Positions 29,619-39,440 of a DNA stretch of 64,000 nt are shown here, piece after piece. The notes under the pieces are model-generated. The model saw only the letters and a program-made list of their open reading frames with translations. It was not told the DNA's origin and made no database searches. The stretch spans positions 704,001 to 768,000 of the forward strand of contig CAVXRD010000002.1 in assembly GCA_963764165.1 (NCBI GenBank). The letters run 5' to 3'. Position 1 is the stretch's first letter. The number at the start of each line of letters is the position of its first letter. Both the position numbers and the translations under genes were made by a program. Source of the stretch: an uncultured Verrucomicrobiae bacterium. Its GTDB lineage: Bacteria; Verrucomicrobiota; Verrucomicrobiia; Limisphaerales; Palsa-1400.

Positions 29619-30727
29619 CCGGAAGCGTTTCGCAGCGAAGCAGCGACATCATTGCCACTTTTATTCCGACGCTCGGAGGAGCTGGCGCGGAAAAGGTCAC
29701 CCTTACGTTGACAACGGGACTCGTGGCTGCCGGCAGGAAAGTGGATTTTATCGTGGGCCATCGAACGGGGCCGTTTGTGAATTCTGTCCCCCGTGGATGC
29801 AATCTGGTGGATCTCGGTGGACGCCGCGTCCGGCAGTCCATTCTGCCATTGGCAAAGTACCTAAGAAAAGCCAAACCACGCGTCATCATTTCCCAACTGG
29901 ACTTTACAAACGCCGCAGTAGGCTTCGCTGCGCTCCTCTCCAGAACGGGCACGCCTGTTGTCTCGGTGGAGCATAACATTCCGCAGCAGATGGATCACAC
30001 ACACGGCCTGCGCCGGTGGCTGATCCGCCAAATGTATCTCAAGGCGGCCAAGGTTGTCGCGGTTTCTCAAGGCGTCGCCTCGTCCGTTGAAGAGCATTAT
30101 CGCCTGCCGCAGTCGAAAGTCAGCGTCATCCACAATGGAGTCGTCGACGAGTCGCTGGAACGAAGGGCGAAGGAGCCGGTGCCCCATCCGTGGCTCAAGG
30201 ACAATCCAACCATTCCGGTTTTCCTGACGGTCGGACGGCTGCACCATCAAAAGGCCTACGACGTCCTGCTGGATGCCATGGCGCTCGTCGTAAAACGGCG
30301 CGAAGCGCGGCTTATCCTCCTCGGACAAGGCGAATTGCTGGGGGCGCTCAACGCGCAAGTGGATCGCCTGGGCCTTCGCAACCATGTCGATTTTGGCGGA
30401 TTCCAATTAAATCCGTATCCATTTTTTCGAACTGCCTCGTGTTTCGTGCTCTCATCGAACTTCGAGGGCCTGCCAACTGTCATCATCGAGGCGCTCGCGT
30501 GCGGGTGCCCTGTTGTATCAACGGATTGCCACAGCGGGCCCGCTGATATCTTAGACCGGGAAGGCCTTGGCTTCCTTGTGCCGATGCGAAACCCCGCCGC
30601 GCTGGCCGACGCCATGTGCAAGGCGCTGGACACCAAATTCGACCGCGAAAAACTGCGGGCTCGCGCCGCTGATTTCTCGGTGGAAGCGTGCGCGAAAAAC
30701 TACCTCCGCCTCATCGATTCGCTTTGA
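29615..30727 (+). CDS. GT4 glycosyltransferase
   Basis: GAGAEK, VGRLHHQKAY and EGLPTVIIEA (EX7E). Confidence 0.92.
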   Translation: MTGSVSQRSSDIIATFIPTLGGAGAEKVTLTLTTGLVAAGRKVDFIVGHRTGPFVNSVPRGCNLVDLGGRRVRQSILPLAKYLRKAKPRVIISQLDFTNAAVGFAALLSRTGTPVVSVEHNIPQQMDHTHGLRRWLIRQMYLKAAKVVAVSQGVASSVEEHYRLPQSKVSVIHNGVVDESLERRAKEPVPHPWLKDNPTIPVFLTVGRLHHQKAYDVLLDAMALVVKRREARLILLGQGELLGALNAQVDRLGLRNHVDFGGFQLNPYPFFRTASCFVLSSNFEGLPTVIIEALACGCPVVSTDCHSGPADILDREGLGFLVPMRNPAALADAMCKALDTKFDREKLRARAADFSVEACAKNYLRLIDSL

Positions 30728-30760
30728 ACGAAGTTTTTAAATTTGTTCAGCGCCGGCGCT

Positions 30761-30789
30761 GGCCACTCACGATGTGGCCTTTTCTTTTT
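30761..30789 (+). terminator. Putative intrinsic terminator
   Basis: GGCCAC-TCACGAT-GTGGCC hairpin followed by TTTTCTTTTT. Confidence 0.5.
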
Positions 30790-30867
30790 GCGCCTGAAAC
30801 TGGAGCGCAAAGATTCGAGATTCAAAATGTTGCCCAATGCCCGCAATTCATTCTAAATTCTTGAGAG

Positions 30868-32022
30868 ATGACTACTTCGTCTGCTAAACCAACACGAATC
30901 GCCATTTTGGGAGCCGGCGGCTTTGTCGGCGCTCGCCTGATAAAACTCGCTGAAGCCACCGGCGCGTTCGATCCGATTCCTGTTCTGCGCAGTTATCGCG
31001 GTTTATCCCGGCTTGGCACCGCTGTCCCGCGGAGCCTCGTCGTCGACACCAGCAACCTCGAAGCGCTGACCGGCGCCTTCCGCGGAGCCGACGTCGTCGT
31101 GAACCTCACGATGGGCGACGAGCTAAGAGTCCTGGAGGACACGCAACTGGTTTATAAAGCCTCCTTCCAGGCGGGTGCGCGCCAATTGATTCACATGAGT
31201 TCGGCGACTGTATTTGGACGGGTCCTGGATGCTTCGATCAACGACGATTCCCCGCCCGACGAAAACTCGTGGATGCTTTACGCGCGAGGGAAAGCGCAAT
31301 CGGAAACGTGGCTGCGGGGCCAGCAATCCAGAAAGGAAATCCAAGTCGTGACGCTGCGGCCGGGATTGATCTGGGGACCCGGATCGAATTGGTCGGAAAT
31401 GGTCGCGGACCAGTTGATCCACGGCACTGCCGTCCTGTCAAATAATGGAACCGGCATCGCCAACTTGATATTCGTCGATAATTTGGTGCGAATTATTTTG
31501 GGCGTGGCTTCCAAACTCACTGGCCCAGCGGGATTTTACAACGTGGCGGATCAAGAGACGGTCACATGGTCTGAATACTATCGCGGCCTTGCCACCCGTC
31601 TTGGCTATCCCGCGGAATCCGTGCGTTTGTGGCCGGACGGCAAACTTCGCCTGAAGGTCTCGCACGCGGTGGAATGGGCACTCCAGAACGGAACACTTTC
31701 GCAACTGGCGAAAAAGGTTTGGAAACAATGGCTCGGGTCCGAGGCCAAAGCGGTGATCAAAGACAAACTAGTCGGTGCGCCGTCCCCTCCAAGCGGCCAG
31801 CGGAGCGCGGAAGGACCGCCGAGGCTTTCGCGCGCACACTGGGTTTTGCAAAACACAGTTCACAAACTGCCGATCACCAAGATCCAGCGGGATTACGGGC
31901 CCATTCGGCTCGTGCCGTTTAGCGAAGCGCTGGACGTTACGGCGGCGGCTCTTGACTTCGCCGGATTTTCCAATCCGTCAAAAATTTCTCAACCTGTCCT
32001 TCAGGCTGCCGTCGCTGTATGA
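30868..32022 (+). CDS. NAD-dependent epimerase/dehydratase (extended SDR)
   Basis: LGAGGFVG, HMSS, YARGK and LRPGLIWGP. Confidence 0.85.
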   Translation: MTTSSAKPTRIAILGAGGFVGARLIKLAEATGAFDPIPVLRSYRGLSRLGTAVPRSLVVDTSNLEALTGAFRGADVVVNLTMGDELRVLEDTQLVYKASFQAGARQLIHMSSATVFGRVLDASINDDSPPDENSWMLYARGKAQSETWLRGQQSRKEIQVVTLRPGLIWGPGSNWSEMVADQLIHGTAVLSNNGTGIANLIFVDNLVRIILGVASKLTGPAGFYNVADQETVTWSEYYRGLATRLGYPAESVRLWPDGKLRLKVSHAVEWALQNGTLSQLAKKVWKQWLGSEAKAVIKDKLVGAPSPPSGQRSAEGPPRLSRAHWVLQNTVHKLPITKIQRDYGPIRLVPFSEALDVTAAALDFAGFSNPSKISQPVLQAAVAV

Positions 32023-33113
32023 AAATTGTTGTATTGGGATGCGGGGCCATTCTTGAACAGGGCCATCGCAAGCCGCTCGAGCATGTGGCAAAGACTCTTG
32101 ATTGCCACGTTGCCGGGTTGGTTGATGTGAATCCCAAGCGTCTTGCGCAGGCGGGCAAATGGTTTCCGAAGGCCGAGCATTTCGCATCGGCTGAAGCCTG
32201 CTTCGCCAAGTTAAAAGATGTCTCGCTGACGATTGTCATCTCGCCGCCGCCGATGCACGCCGCCAACATCGAAGTCGCTGTCACGGCGGGCAGCCATATT
32301 TTGTGCGAGAAGCCGCTGGCCGGTTCCGTGGAGGATGCGGAGCGGATTATCGAATTGGTTCGCCGTCACAAGAAGGTTCTGACCGTCGGCATGACGCGGC
32401 GCTATCATTCGTGCTTTGTGGAAGCTCGAAAACGCATCCAGGATGGCGCGCTCGGGAGCGACATCACGTTCATTCATCGCGAAGGCGGCCTTTACAGGTG
32501 GCCGGTCGCCAGCGCCGCGCCGTTTCGCCGCGACACCAGCGGCGGCGGGGTGCTGCTCGACAAAGGCGTTCACGTTCTGGATACGCTTGAATATCTTTTC
32601 GGAACGGGTGACGTGGAATCCTCATTCGACGATGGCTCGGATGTCAGCGTTGAAGCCAACAGCGTCGTCCATGTTTCACTCGCCAGGGCCAAAGGGCATG
32701 TCCAGCTCAGTTGGGATATGAACCTTTGCAATGGCCTTCACATCTCGGGTTCCGAAGGCCAATACTGGATCCCGCTCGGGCCGCTGAATACGATTTTTTC
32801 GCGGCGCAAAGCGGACCAGCCATGGGAGCGCCTGACCACCCGCGCGGAGTGGCCCCTGGACCTCCAGCCGGCGAACTCGCGCATGGGCTGCCCGAATGGT
32901 TATGACGACTGCTTTCTTTATCAGCTCATCAAGGCGATTCGCGCGATCAAGCTTTCCGAAAAACCGGCGGTCACGGGCGAGGAAGCGCTTTCGACCTTGC
33001 GCCTGATCAAGGCGGGTTACGAATTGGCGAAGCCTCTGCGCAAGCCGTGGCTGTCGAAGGAAGAATCAAAAGCGGAAGCCGCCCGGCACTGGCGCCACCC
33101 GGAATCGTGGTGA
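32019..33113 (+). CDS. Gfo/Idh/MocA-family oxidoreductase
   Basis: LGCGAI, HILCEKPLA and GGGVLLDKGVHVLD. Confidence 0.9.
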   Translation: MKIVVLGCGAILEQGHRKPLEHVAKTLDCHVAGLVDVNPKRLAQAGKWFPKAEHFASAEACFAKLKDVSLTIVISPPPMHAANIEVAVTAGSHILCEKPLAGSVEDAERIIELVRRHKKVLTVGMTRRYHSCFVEARKRIQDGALGSDITFIHREGGLYRWPVASAAPFRRDTSGGGVLLDKGVHVLDTLEYLFGTGDVESSFDDGSDVSVEANSVVHVSLARAKGHVQLSWDMNLCNGLHISGSEGQYWIPLGPLNTIFSRRKADQPWERLTTRAEWPLDLQPANSRMGCPNGYDDCFLYQLIKAIRAIKLSEKPAVTGEEALSTLRLIKAGYELAKPLRKPWLSKEESKAEAARHWRHPESW

Positions 33114-33131
33114 TGTCCGCGTCCGAAAGAA

Positions 33132-34343
33132 ATGCGCTTTCTTGACATAGCCGTTCATTGCCACGTGCCGCCTTTGGACGGCGCGGACCGGCGCGCCTGG
33201 GAGCTGTACAACGGCCTCGGCGAGACCGGCGCTGAGGGAGTTTTCATCGGGCGCACTGCCACAACGCGCACCGGCGGGGCATTGCGACAATATGTGCCCG
33301 ACTATTCCTGGCGGGATCGAAAGCTGTTTGCCGCGTCGCTTGCCCTGCTGACAGGACAAAGTTACTGGCACGTCAAAATGATCAGGCCGGGAGCGATGCG
33401 CCTCGTCGCAGACGCGCTGGCCGAAAAACCGGACGTCGTTCTGCTGAACCATCTTTACGCGATGCCGCTGGCGGATCCTGTTATCAAGAGTGGAGTCCCA
33501 CTGGTCGTCGACACCCATAATTACGATCCTGTTTTTTACGATGTCCTCGCCAAGGCTTCCACCAATCCGGGGCTGCGCCAGCTTTGCCGCCGCGCCATCC
33601 GCTTCTCGGAAAAATCCCTGGCGCGACTGCCGAAGGGAACGATTCTGGTGCATGTCAGCGAGGCGGATGCACAAAGATACCGCCAGCACCGGCCCGATTT
33701 GGAACATGCAGTCGTTGAAAATGGCGCTTCAATAAAGCCGCGACGGGAGGCAGCCGGACAAAAAAACAGCAAGCGCCCAGTATTGATGTTCGTTGGCAGT
33801 TTGTCCGCGCAAATGAATCAGGATGCGCTCGCCAATTTTGCCAGCCGATTCTGGCCCGCTTTGTCGGAGGTCGCGGAATTCCGCGCAGTCGGTTCCGGGC
33901 CGCCGCCCGCCATCGCCGCGCTTTGCGCGCGGCATGGATGGCAAATGTTCGCGGACGTTTCGGAAGAAAAACTGGACGAGCTGTACGCGGAGGCGGATTT
34001 TGCAATCCTGCCCTTTGCCTACGGCGAAGGAAGCAAATTGAAATTTTTCGAAGCCTGCGGGCGCGGGGTTCCGGTTCTTTCGACCCAAGCCGGATTGTGC
34101 GGGGTGGCCGATGATCCGCTGCCCGTGCTTGTCACCAAGAACGACGATCCGGCGATTTGGAAATCGCGCATCGCCGCCCGCGGCCAATTCACTGAGGCGG
34201 ACGTCCGGGATCTCATTGAATTCTCGGAACGCTATTCCTGGCCGGTGTTGGGCAAAAAATTGAGGGACGTTATGGACCAGGCCGCTTCCAAAACTCGCGC
34301 CGTTCGAGCCGAGACAGCAAGCGAACGGGTTTCGAGCCGCTAA
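33132..34343 (+). CDS. GT4-like glycosyltransferase
   Basis: VDTHN, VVENG, FVGSL and GSKLKFFEA...GVPV. Confidence 0.85.
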   Translation: MRFLDIAVHCHVPPLDGADRRAWELYNGLGETGAEGVFIGRTATTRTGGALRQYVPDYSWRDRKLFAASLALLTGQSYWHVKMIRPGAMRLVADALAEKPDVVLLNHLYAMPLADPVIKSGVPLVVDTHNYDPVFYDVLAKASTNPGLRQLCRRAIRFSEKSLARLPKGTILVHVSEADAQRYRQHRPDLEHAVVENGASIKPRREAAGQKNSKRPVLMFVGSLSAQMNQDALANFASRFWPALSEVAEFRAVGSGPPPAIAALCARHGWQMFADVSEEKLDELYAEADFAILPFAYGEGSKLKFFEACGRGVPVLSTQAGLCGVADDPLPVLVTKNDDPAIWKSRIAARGQFTEADVRDLIEFSERYSWPVLGKKLRDVMDQAASKTRAVRAETASERVSSR

Positions 34344-34361
34344 AATTACGTTCTAGAACCG

Positions 34362-35561
34362 ATGTTCACACAACTTCGCCGCATAACAAGTTCGGGAAAT
34401 TATATTCCGGAAATTGACGGAGTCCGTTTTGTCGCGATTGCGATGGTGTTGGTGGAGCATTTGCACCAGCGCATCCTTCGCGGTGTGGAGGCCCAATACC
34501 AGAGTTTTGTGGGGAGCACGGTGGATCGAATCCTTCTCACTTGCGGAGTGGGAGTGATGATTTTTTTCGCCCTCAGCGGTTATATACTCCACAGCATCCT
34601 GAGGAGTTCGCTCGTAAAAAGGGGCGCTCTCGATCTCAAGCATTACTACTTGCGCCGGGTTACGCGGCTTGAACCCCCCTATATCATCGTCACCACCATC
34701 ATTTTCACTGTGCTGACCCTTGGGCTCTACCACGGCTCTGGAAAATATCTTGGGCATGGGGACGTCCCGTATTGGGAAAGCTATGTCGCAACCATCTTCT
34801 ACTTGAACGGCTTGTTATTCGGCACGCCGCCGAGCGTAAATCCGCCTGGCTGGACGCTGGAGATAGAAGTTCAATTTTACATCATGGCGCCGCTGTTGAC
34901 CTTCTGCCTCCTCAAGATGAAATCCTGGCAAGCCCGAATAACGGTGCTTCTGGCCGCCATGGCTGCCTGGGGATTGTTTAAGGCCTACCTTGCCACGCCA
35001 AATCCCCACCTTAGTTACTCCCTGCTGCTGTGGATTCCGTATTTTCTGGTTGGTTTCATCGTGTTTGAATTGATCAACCGCAGTCCTAGAAAAGCCATAT
35101 TGCCGCCGGGAGTCATTGATTTTCTGGCCGTGGCCGCCTTGATCACGCTGCTATCCGCCGCCGGCCCTTGGGAGCAGGTGGAGCAATGCGCGTGCATCGG
35201 CGTATTTCTTTATGGCGCACTTGCCGGAAGCTGGCTGCGCCGACTTCTCCAATGGCGATGGCTGACAAACATTGGAGGAATGTGTTACACCATTTACCTG
35301 ATACATCTCCCGTGCATTGAGATTCTTGCCAAAGCAACCACCCATCTGAAGCTCAAAGTGCCCTACCTCGTTTATTTGTTTATCCAGGGATTGGTTGTCT
35401 TGCCGGCGGTGCTCCTCATTGCGACGGTTTTCTTTCTTCTCGTTGAGCGGCCCTGCATGGACAAGAACTGGCCGTTTAAGCTTTGGGCGTTTGTCAAATC
35501 AAGGGTGTCAAGTTCTCCGGCCATGGCAGCGCACGCAGCGCCAGAGCAGCTTGATAAATAG
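34362..35561 (+). CDS. Acyltransferase family 3 (OafA-like)
   Basis: IDGVRFVAI..V..H, GVMIFFALSG, RRVTRL, WTLEIEVQFY and YTIYLIH. Confidence 0.9.
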   Translation: MFTQLRRITSSGNYIPEIDGVRFVAIAMVLVEHLHQRILRGVEAQYQSFVGSTVDRILLTCGVGVMIFFALSGYILHSILRSSLVKRGALDLKHYYLRRVTRLEPPYIIVTTIIFTVLTLGLYHGSGKYLGHGDVPYWESYVATIFYLNGLLFGTPPSVNPPGWTLEIEVQFYIMAPLLTFCLLKMKSWQARITVLLAAMAAWGLFKAYLATPNPHLSYSLLLWIPYFLVGFIVFELINRSPRKAILPPGVIDFLAVAALITLLSAAGPWEQVEQCACIGVFLYGALAGSWLRRLLQWRWLTNIGGMCYTIYLIHLPCIEILAKATTHLKLKVPYLVYLFIQGLVVLPAVLLIATVFFLLVERPCMDKNWPFKLWAFVKSRVSSSPAMAAHAAPEQLDK

Positions 35562-35599
35562 GCTTCGCCGGCTCACAATGAGGCTCTCTTTTGGAAACG

Positions 35600-36709
35600 A
35601 TGAACCCGCGGCGAAATAATTTTGACCTGATTCGATTATTGGCGGCGCTCCAAGTCGTCGTGGGGCATGGTTTCCTCTTTTTCCACGTTCCCTGGCACAT
35701 CCCGCTTCTCGACCTGTTCCCCGGAGTGCCCATTTTCTTTTGCATTAGCGGTTTCCTCATCGCCAAGTCGGTCGAACGAAACCAGGGGCGGTTGAAGGCG
35801 TATTTTGAAGCCCGGATTCTGCGAATATATCCCGCGTTGGTTTTCTGTTCGACGCTTTGGCTGGCTTTGATGTTTGCCCTTGGCGTGTTTCAAGGTGTTC
35901 CAATGGTCAAAGTGGCAGTCTGGTATCTAAGCGCGGCGTTGGTGGGCGGAGCCAGTTACAATCCCGAATTTTTCCGCCATTTCGGCACAGGCGTCTGGAA
36001 CGGCGCGCTTTGGACTGTTTGCATCGAGATCACATTTTACATATTTTTACCCATGGTGTATTTGTGCGACCGATTCGGCCGCCGCGTTTTTAATTCGCTG
36101 GTGGCTGTGTTATGCTTGTCGTCATTCGCGCTCTTTATCGTTTTCGACGGACTGCATTTTGGAGAAACGAAGACCCATTCTGCCATCGATAAAATAGTCT
36201 GGTTTAGCCTGGTTGGAAATCTGTGGATGCTTCTTTTCGGCACATTGATTTACCGCTTCTTTGATCAGCTTCGCCCGATTCTAGCCGGAAAAGTGCTATT
36301 GTGGCTGGCGGCTTATCTCCTTTTGGCATTCCTTCAGCCCGTGACTTCTGCGGGAGGATCCGCGAGCCCGGTTATCGGCGCCTATTTGCTCGTGCAGCGG
36401 GTAATACTGGCGCTGTTGACTGTTTCCGCGGCCTACTCATTCACCTCTCTGAGTGATTTGCTGCTCAGGGGAAACGACATTTCCTATGGCATCTATATTT
36501 ACCACATGCTGATATTTAATTTGTTTGTGCAGTACGGACTGGCCAAGCCACAGTATTTTCCAATCGCCCTTGCAGGGGCGCTGCTGTGCGGGGCTTTGTC
36601 CTGGTATTTTTTGGAAAGCCGGATGTTGAAATTGAAAAAGACCGCTCCCGACACGCGCGCTCCGAATGCAAATGCCCCAATCGCTGTCGGAGGCGGAACG
36701 GCGGCGTGA
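35600..36709 (+). CDS. Acyltransferase family 3
   Basis: NNFDLIRLLAALQVVVGH, FFCISGFL, RILRIYP, NGALWTV.IE..FY and DISYGIYIYH. Confidence 0.9.
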   Translation: MNPRRNNFDLIRLLAALQVVVGHGFLFFHVPWHIPLLDLFPGVPIFFCISGFLIAKSVERNQGRLKAYFEARILRIYPALVFCSTLWLALMFALGVFQGVPMVKVAVWYLSAALVGGASYNPEFFRHFGTGVWNGALWTVCIEITFYIFLPMVYLCDRFGRRVFNSLVAVLCLSSFALFIVFDGLHFGETKTHSAIDKIVWFSLVGNLWMLLFGTLIYRFFDQLRPILAGKVLLWLAAYLLLAFLQPVTSAGGSASPVIGAYLLVQRVILALLTVSAAYSFTSLSDLLLRGNDISYGIYIYHMLIFNLFVQYGLAKPQYFPIALAGALLCGALSWYFLESRMLKLKKTAPDTRAPNANAPIAVGGGTAA

Positions 36710-36748
36710 CCTGCGATTTGCCTGCGCCCCAGACTGCCTCTTAGTGCC

Positions 36749-37951
36749 ATGCACGCCATTGTCCATGATTACGCCGGGCACCCGTTCCAGGTGCAGTTGA
36801 GCCGGGAACTGGCGCGCCGCGGCCATTCCGTTGTCCACGCGTATGCGGGCGGCCTGCTCACGCCGCGGGGAAGCCTGGCCAGGACTCCGGGCGATCCTGC
36901 CTCGTTCGAATCTGCCGAGGTGGCGATGAATCCCCATTACCGCCGCGACAAGTATAAATTCATTCGCAGGCGCAAAATGGAAGTCGAGTATGGAAACGAA
37001 ATCTCGGCCTTGATCCGGCGGAAAAAACCGGACTGCGTGATCTCCGCCAACACTCCGACGGAGCCGCAGATGAAGATCGCCCAAACTTGCGCGGAATTGG
37101 GAATTCGCTTTGTTCCGTGGATTCAGGATTTTTACAGTGTGGCGGTGGCCAAGCTGGCCGCAAAGAAACTGCCCGTCATCGGCAGCATCATCGCCGCCTG
37201 GTACCGGCGGCTCGAGATTCAGACCTTGGGCAAGGCGGCGGCCGTCGTATCCATCACGGACGACTTTCTGCCCATGCTCCGCGAATTTGGGGTTCCGCGG
37301 GAGCGCATTGTCACGATCCCGAATTGGGCGCCGCTCGATGAGCTTCCATTGCAACCGCGCAAAAACGCCTGGTCCGCCGCTCAAGGATTCGACGGGAAAT
37401 TTGTGTATCTTTACTCCGGCACGCTGGCCATGAAGCACAACCCGGATTTGTTGAAGCAATTGGCCCTGAAGTTTCGCCACGATGATGCGGTCCGGGTCGT
37501 CGTCATTTCCGAAGGGCCAGGCTCCGAGTGGCTCGCGGAACAGAAGAAGTCGCCGGGCTTGGAAAATCTCGTATTGGTTCCCTTTCAGCCCTTCGACGTG
37601 ATGCCGTTTGTCATGGGGTCGGCAGATGTTTTAATCGCGATTCTCGAACCGGATGCGGGAATTTTTTCGGTTCCTTCCAAGGTATTATCCTACCATTGCG
37701 CAGGCCGGCCCTTGCTGGCGGGCATGCCATCCCAGAATTTGGCTGCTCGGATTATCACGGAAAATCGCACCGGCTTCTGCACCGCGCCGGACGACATCGA
37801 CGGTTTCATCAAGGCGGGCGAGACGCTTTATAAGGACGCGGCGCTCCGGCAGGATTGCGGATCGCGCGCCCGAAAATACGCGGAAGACAATTTCGATATC
37901 GCGAAAATAGCGAACAAGTTCGAGGATTGTCTCCAAGGCCGCAAAAATTGA
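36749..37951 (+). CDS. GT4 glycosyltransferase (WcaI/WbuB-like)
   Basis: WIQDFY, IPNW, YSGTLAMKH and VPSKVLSY..AGRP. Confidence 0.88.
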   Translation: MHAIVHDYAGHPFQVQLSRELARRGHSVVHAYAGGLLTPRGSLARTPGDPASFESAEVAMNPHYRRDKYKFIRRRKMEVEYGNEISALIRRKKPDCVISANTPTEPQMKIAQTCAELGIRFVPWIQDFYSVAVAKLAAKKLPVIGSIIAAWYRRLEIQTLGKAAAVVSITDDFLPMLREFGVPRERIVTIPNWAPLDELPLQPRKNAWSAAQGFDGKFVYLYSGTLAMKHNPDLLKQLALKFRHDDAVRVVVISEGPGSEWLAEQKKSPGLENLVLVPFQPFDVMPFVMGSADVLIAILEPDAGIFSVPSKVLSYHCAGRPLLAGMPSQNLAARIITENRTGFCTAPDDIDGFIKAGETLYKDAALRQDCGSRARKYAEDNFDIAKIANKFEDCLQGRKN

Positions 37952-38092
37952 GGCCCTTGCGGGTTTCCCAATCTTCAATTCTTCACTCACTTTCTATCGC
38001 CTGGCGCGAGACAGAATTCTTCGCCAGACTTCCCAATTTCCCCGGTTTGTCTTTGTCCGCCCGGCTTCTTCGTTACTTCCCATCCCTCCCCT

Positions 38093-39304
38093 CTACCGCA
38101 GGTGGGAAAAGATCTCCTTCATTTGAGGGAATGTGTTGGCGAACAAAAAGAAAGTGGCGGCGCAATAGCAGAAGGTGATCACCACGGCGGCCGCGTGAAT
38201 CCACGGATTTGCGTTATATGCCTTGAAGCCGTCACGCCCCAGCCAGCGCTTGAGGCCAATCGTGTAATAGTGATGGGTTACAAAGCCAAGCGCGTGGGCG
38301 GCGCCGAAGGCGGCATAATTCCAGCCCACCCCGTGCCAGATGCCCACCAGGAGAAATACCACCACAATGGTTAGCGCCACGGCGTGATTGACGCTTTTCG
38401 GCCCCAAGACGCCGACCAGCCATTTTGACAAAGGGGTAAATACGACATCGCGCATGTACTGCGAAAGGGTGATATGCCAGCGATTCCAAAAATCCTTGAG
38501 ATTTCGCGCGGCGATGGGCTCGTCGAAATTCTCGTCCACGGGGAAGCCCATCAAGCCGGCCAGCCCAATCGCCATATCGCAAAAGCCGGAAAAATTGCAG
38601 TAGAGGTAAAGGTAGTAAAAAATGGCGGCCACCTGCAAATCCACCCACGGATGAAAATGATCGTCAAACAAAAGATTGGCATAGATTAGCTGGAAGCAAA
38701 CGTTCCCGATGAATTTATATTTTACAAAACCGATCAAGATGCGCAGCGCAGCGCGGCCCCAATCGATCACGGGCGGCTGATCCCCGAAGGCGCGCTGATA
38801 CTGGCTGAGCGGGCTGATTGGCCCCACCGTCAAGGTGGGCACAAAAAAGCAAAAGCCCGCGTACTTCCAGAATCCCGGCACCGGGACCGAGCCGCTGCGA
38901 ACCTCCAGCACCAGGCGGCTGCTCCGAAAAGCCATGTAGGAAAGGCCGATCAAAAGCGGTCCGTAGCGCAGGACGCTTCCCGAATAGACAGCAGAGCTGG
39001 TCGGAACGTAACGAACCAAAACCAAGGCCAGCAGCGGAACAGAAAAAGCAATCCACGGCAGCCAGCCTCCTTTTCCAACGAAGACGCGCAGGGCCGCATA
39101 CTGCAATGCGATCAGCGCCACATAAGCCGCAAAGGCCAAAGCATGCTGGCGGTCCTCCTTGTAAAACCAAAAAAAATAGACTGCGGCCACATTCAAAATG
39201 CCGAAAGCAGCCTCCCTCCACAGGCCCCGGAGCTTTTTCATGACCAGGCATCCAACCAACAGGTAGGTCAAAATCTCAACCCGCAAACTGATTTGTTGAT
39301 GCAT
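38093..39304 (-). CDS. MBOAT O-acyltransferase (DltB/AlgI-like)
   Basis: GLSYMAFR, LTVGPI, LYCNFSGFCDMAIG, ENFDEP, DFWNRWHITLS and LLVGIWHG (catalytic His). Confidence 0.93.
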   Translation of the reverse strand: MHQQISLRVEILTYLLVGCLVMKKLRGLWREAAFGILNVAAVYFFWFYKEDRQHALAFAAYVALIALQYAALRVFVGKGGWLPWIAFSVPLLALVLVRYVPTSSAVYSGSVLRYGPLLIGLSYMAFRSSRLVLEVRSGSVPVPGFWKYAGFCFFVPTLTVGPISPLSQYQRAFGDQPPVIDWGRAALRILIGFVKYKFIGNVCFQLIYANLLFDDHFHPWVDLQVAAIFYYLYLYCNFSGFCDMAIGLAGLMGFPVDENFDEPIAARNLKDFWNRWHITLSQYMRDVVFTPLSKWLVGVLGPKSVNHAVALTIVVVFLLVGIWHGVGWNYAAFGAAHALGFVTHHYYTIGLKRWLGRDGFKAYNANPWIHAAAVVITFCYCAATFFLFANTFPQMKEIFSHLR

Positions 39305-39308
39305 TTCC

Positions 39309-39440
39309 TCAGAATCCTCCGTAAACGATCTTGATGCCGCTGAACAGGTCCGCGGAAGCGGCTATTAACAGAGCGGTGAAAAGGCACAACAGAACAACCG
39401 CCGCGTAAATCAATGTCTCAAAATTTAACTTGCTCTTCAT
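39309..39440 (-). CDS. 43-aa DltX-like single-TM acyl-shuttle peptide (absent from ORF track)
   Basis: Hand translation MKSKLNFETLIYAAVVLLCLFTALLIAASADLFSGIKIVYGGF*. It overlaps the upstream gene end, stops 4 bp before the MBOAT ATG, and ends in a hydrophobic-hydrophobic-Y-x-x-F hexapeptide. Confidence 0.85.
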   Translation of the reverse strand: MKSKLNFETLIYAAVVLLCLFTALLIAASADLFSGIKIVYGGF

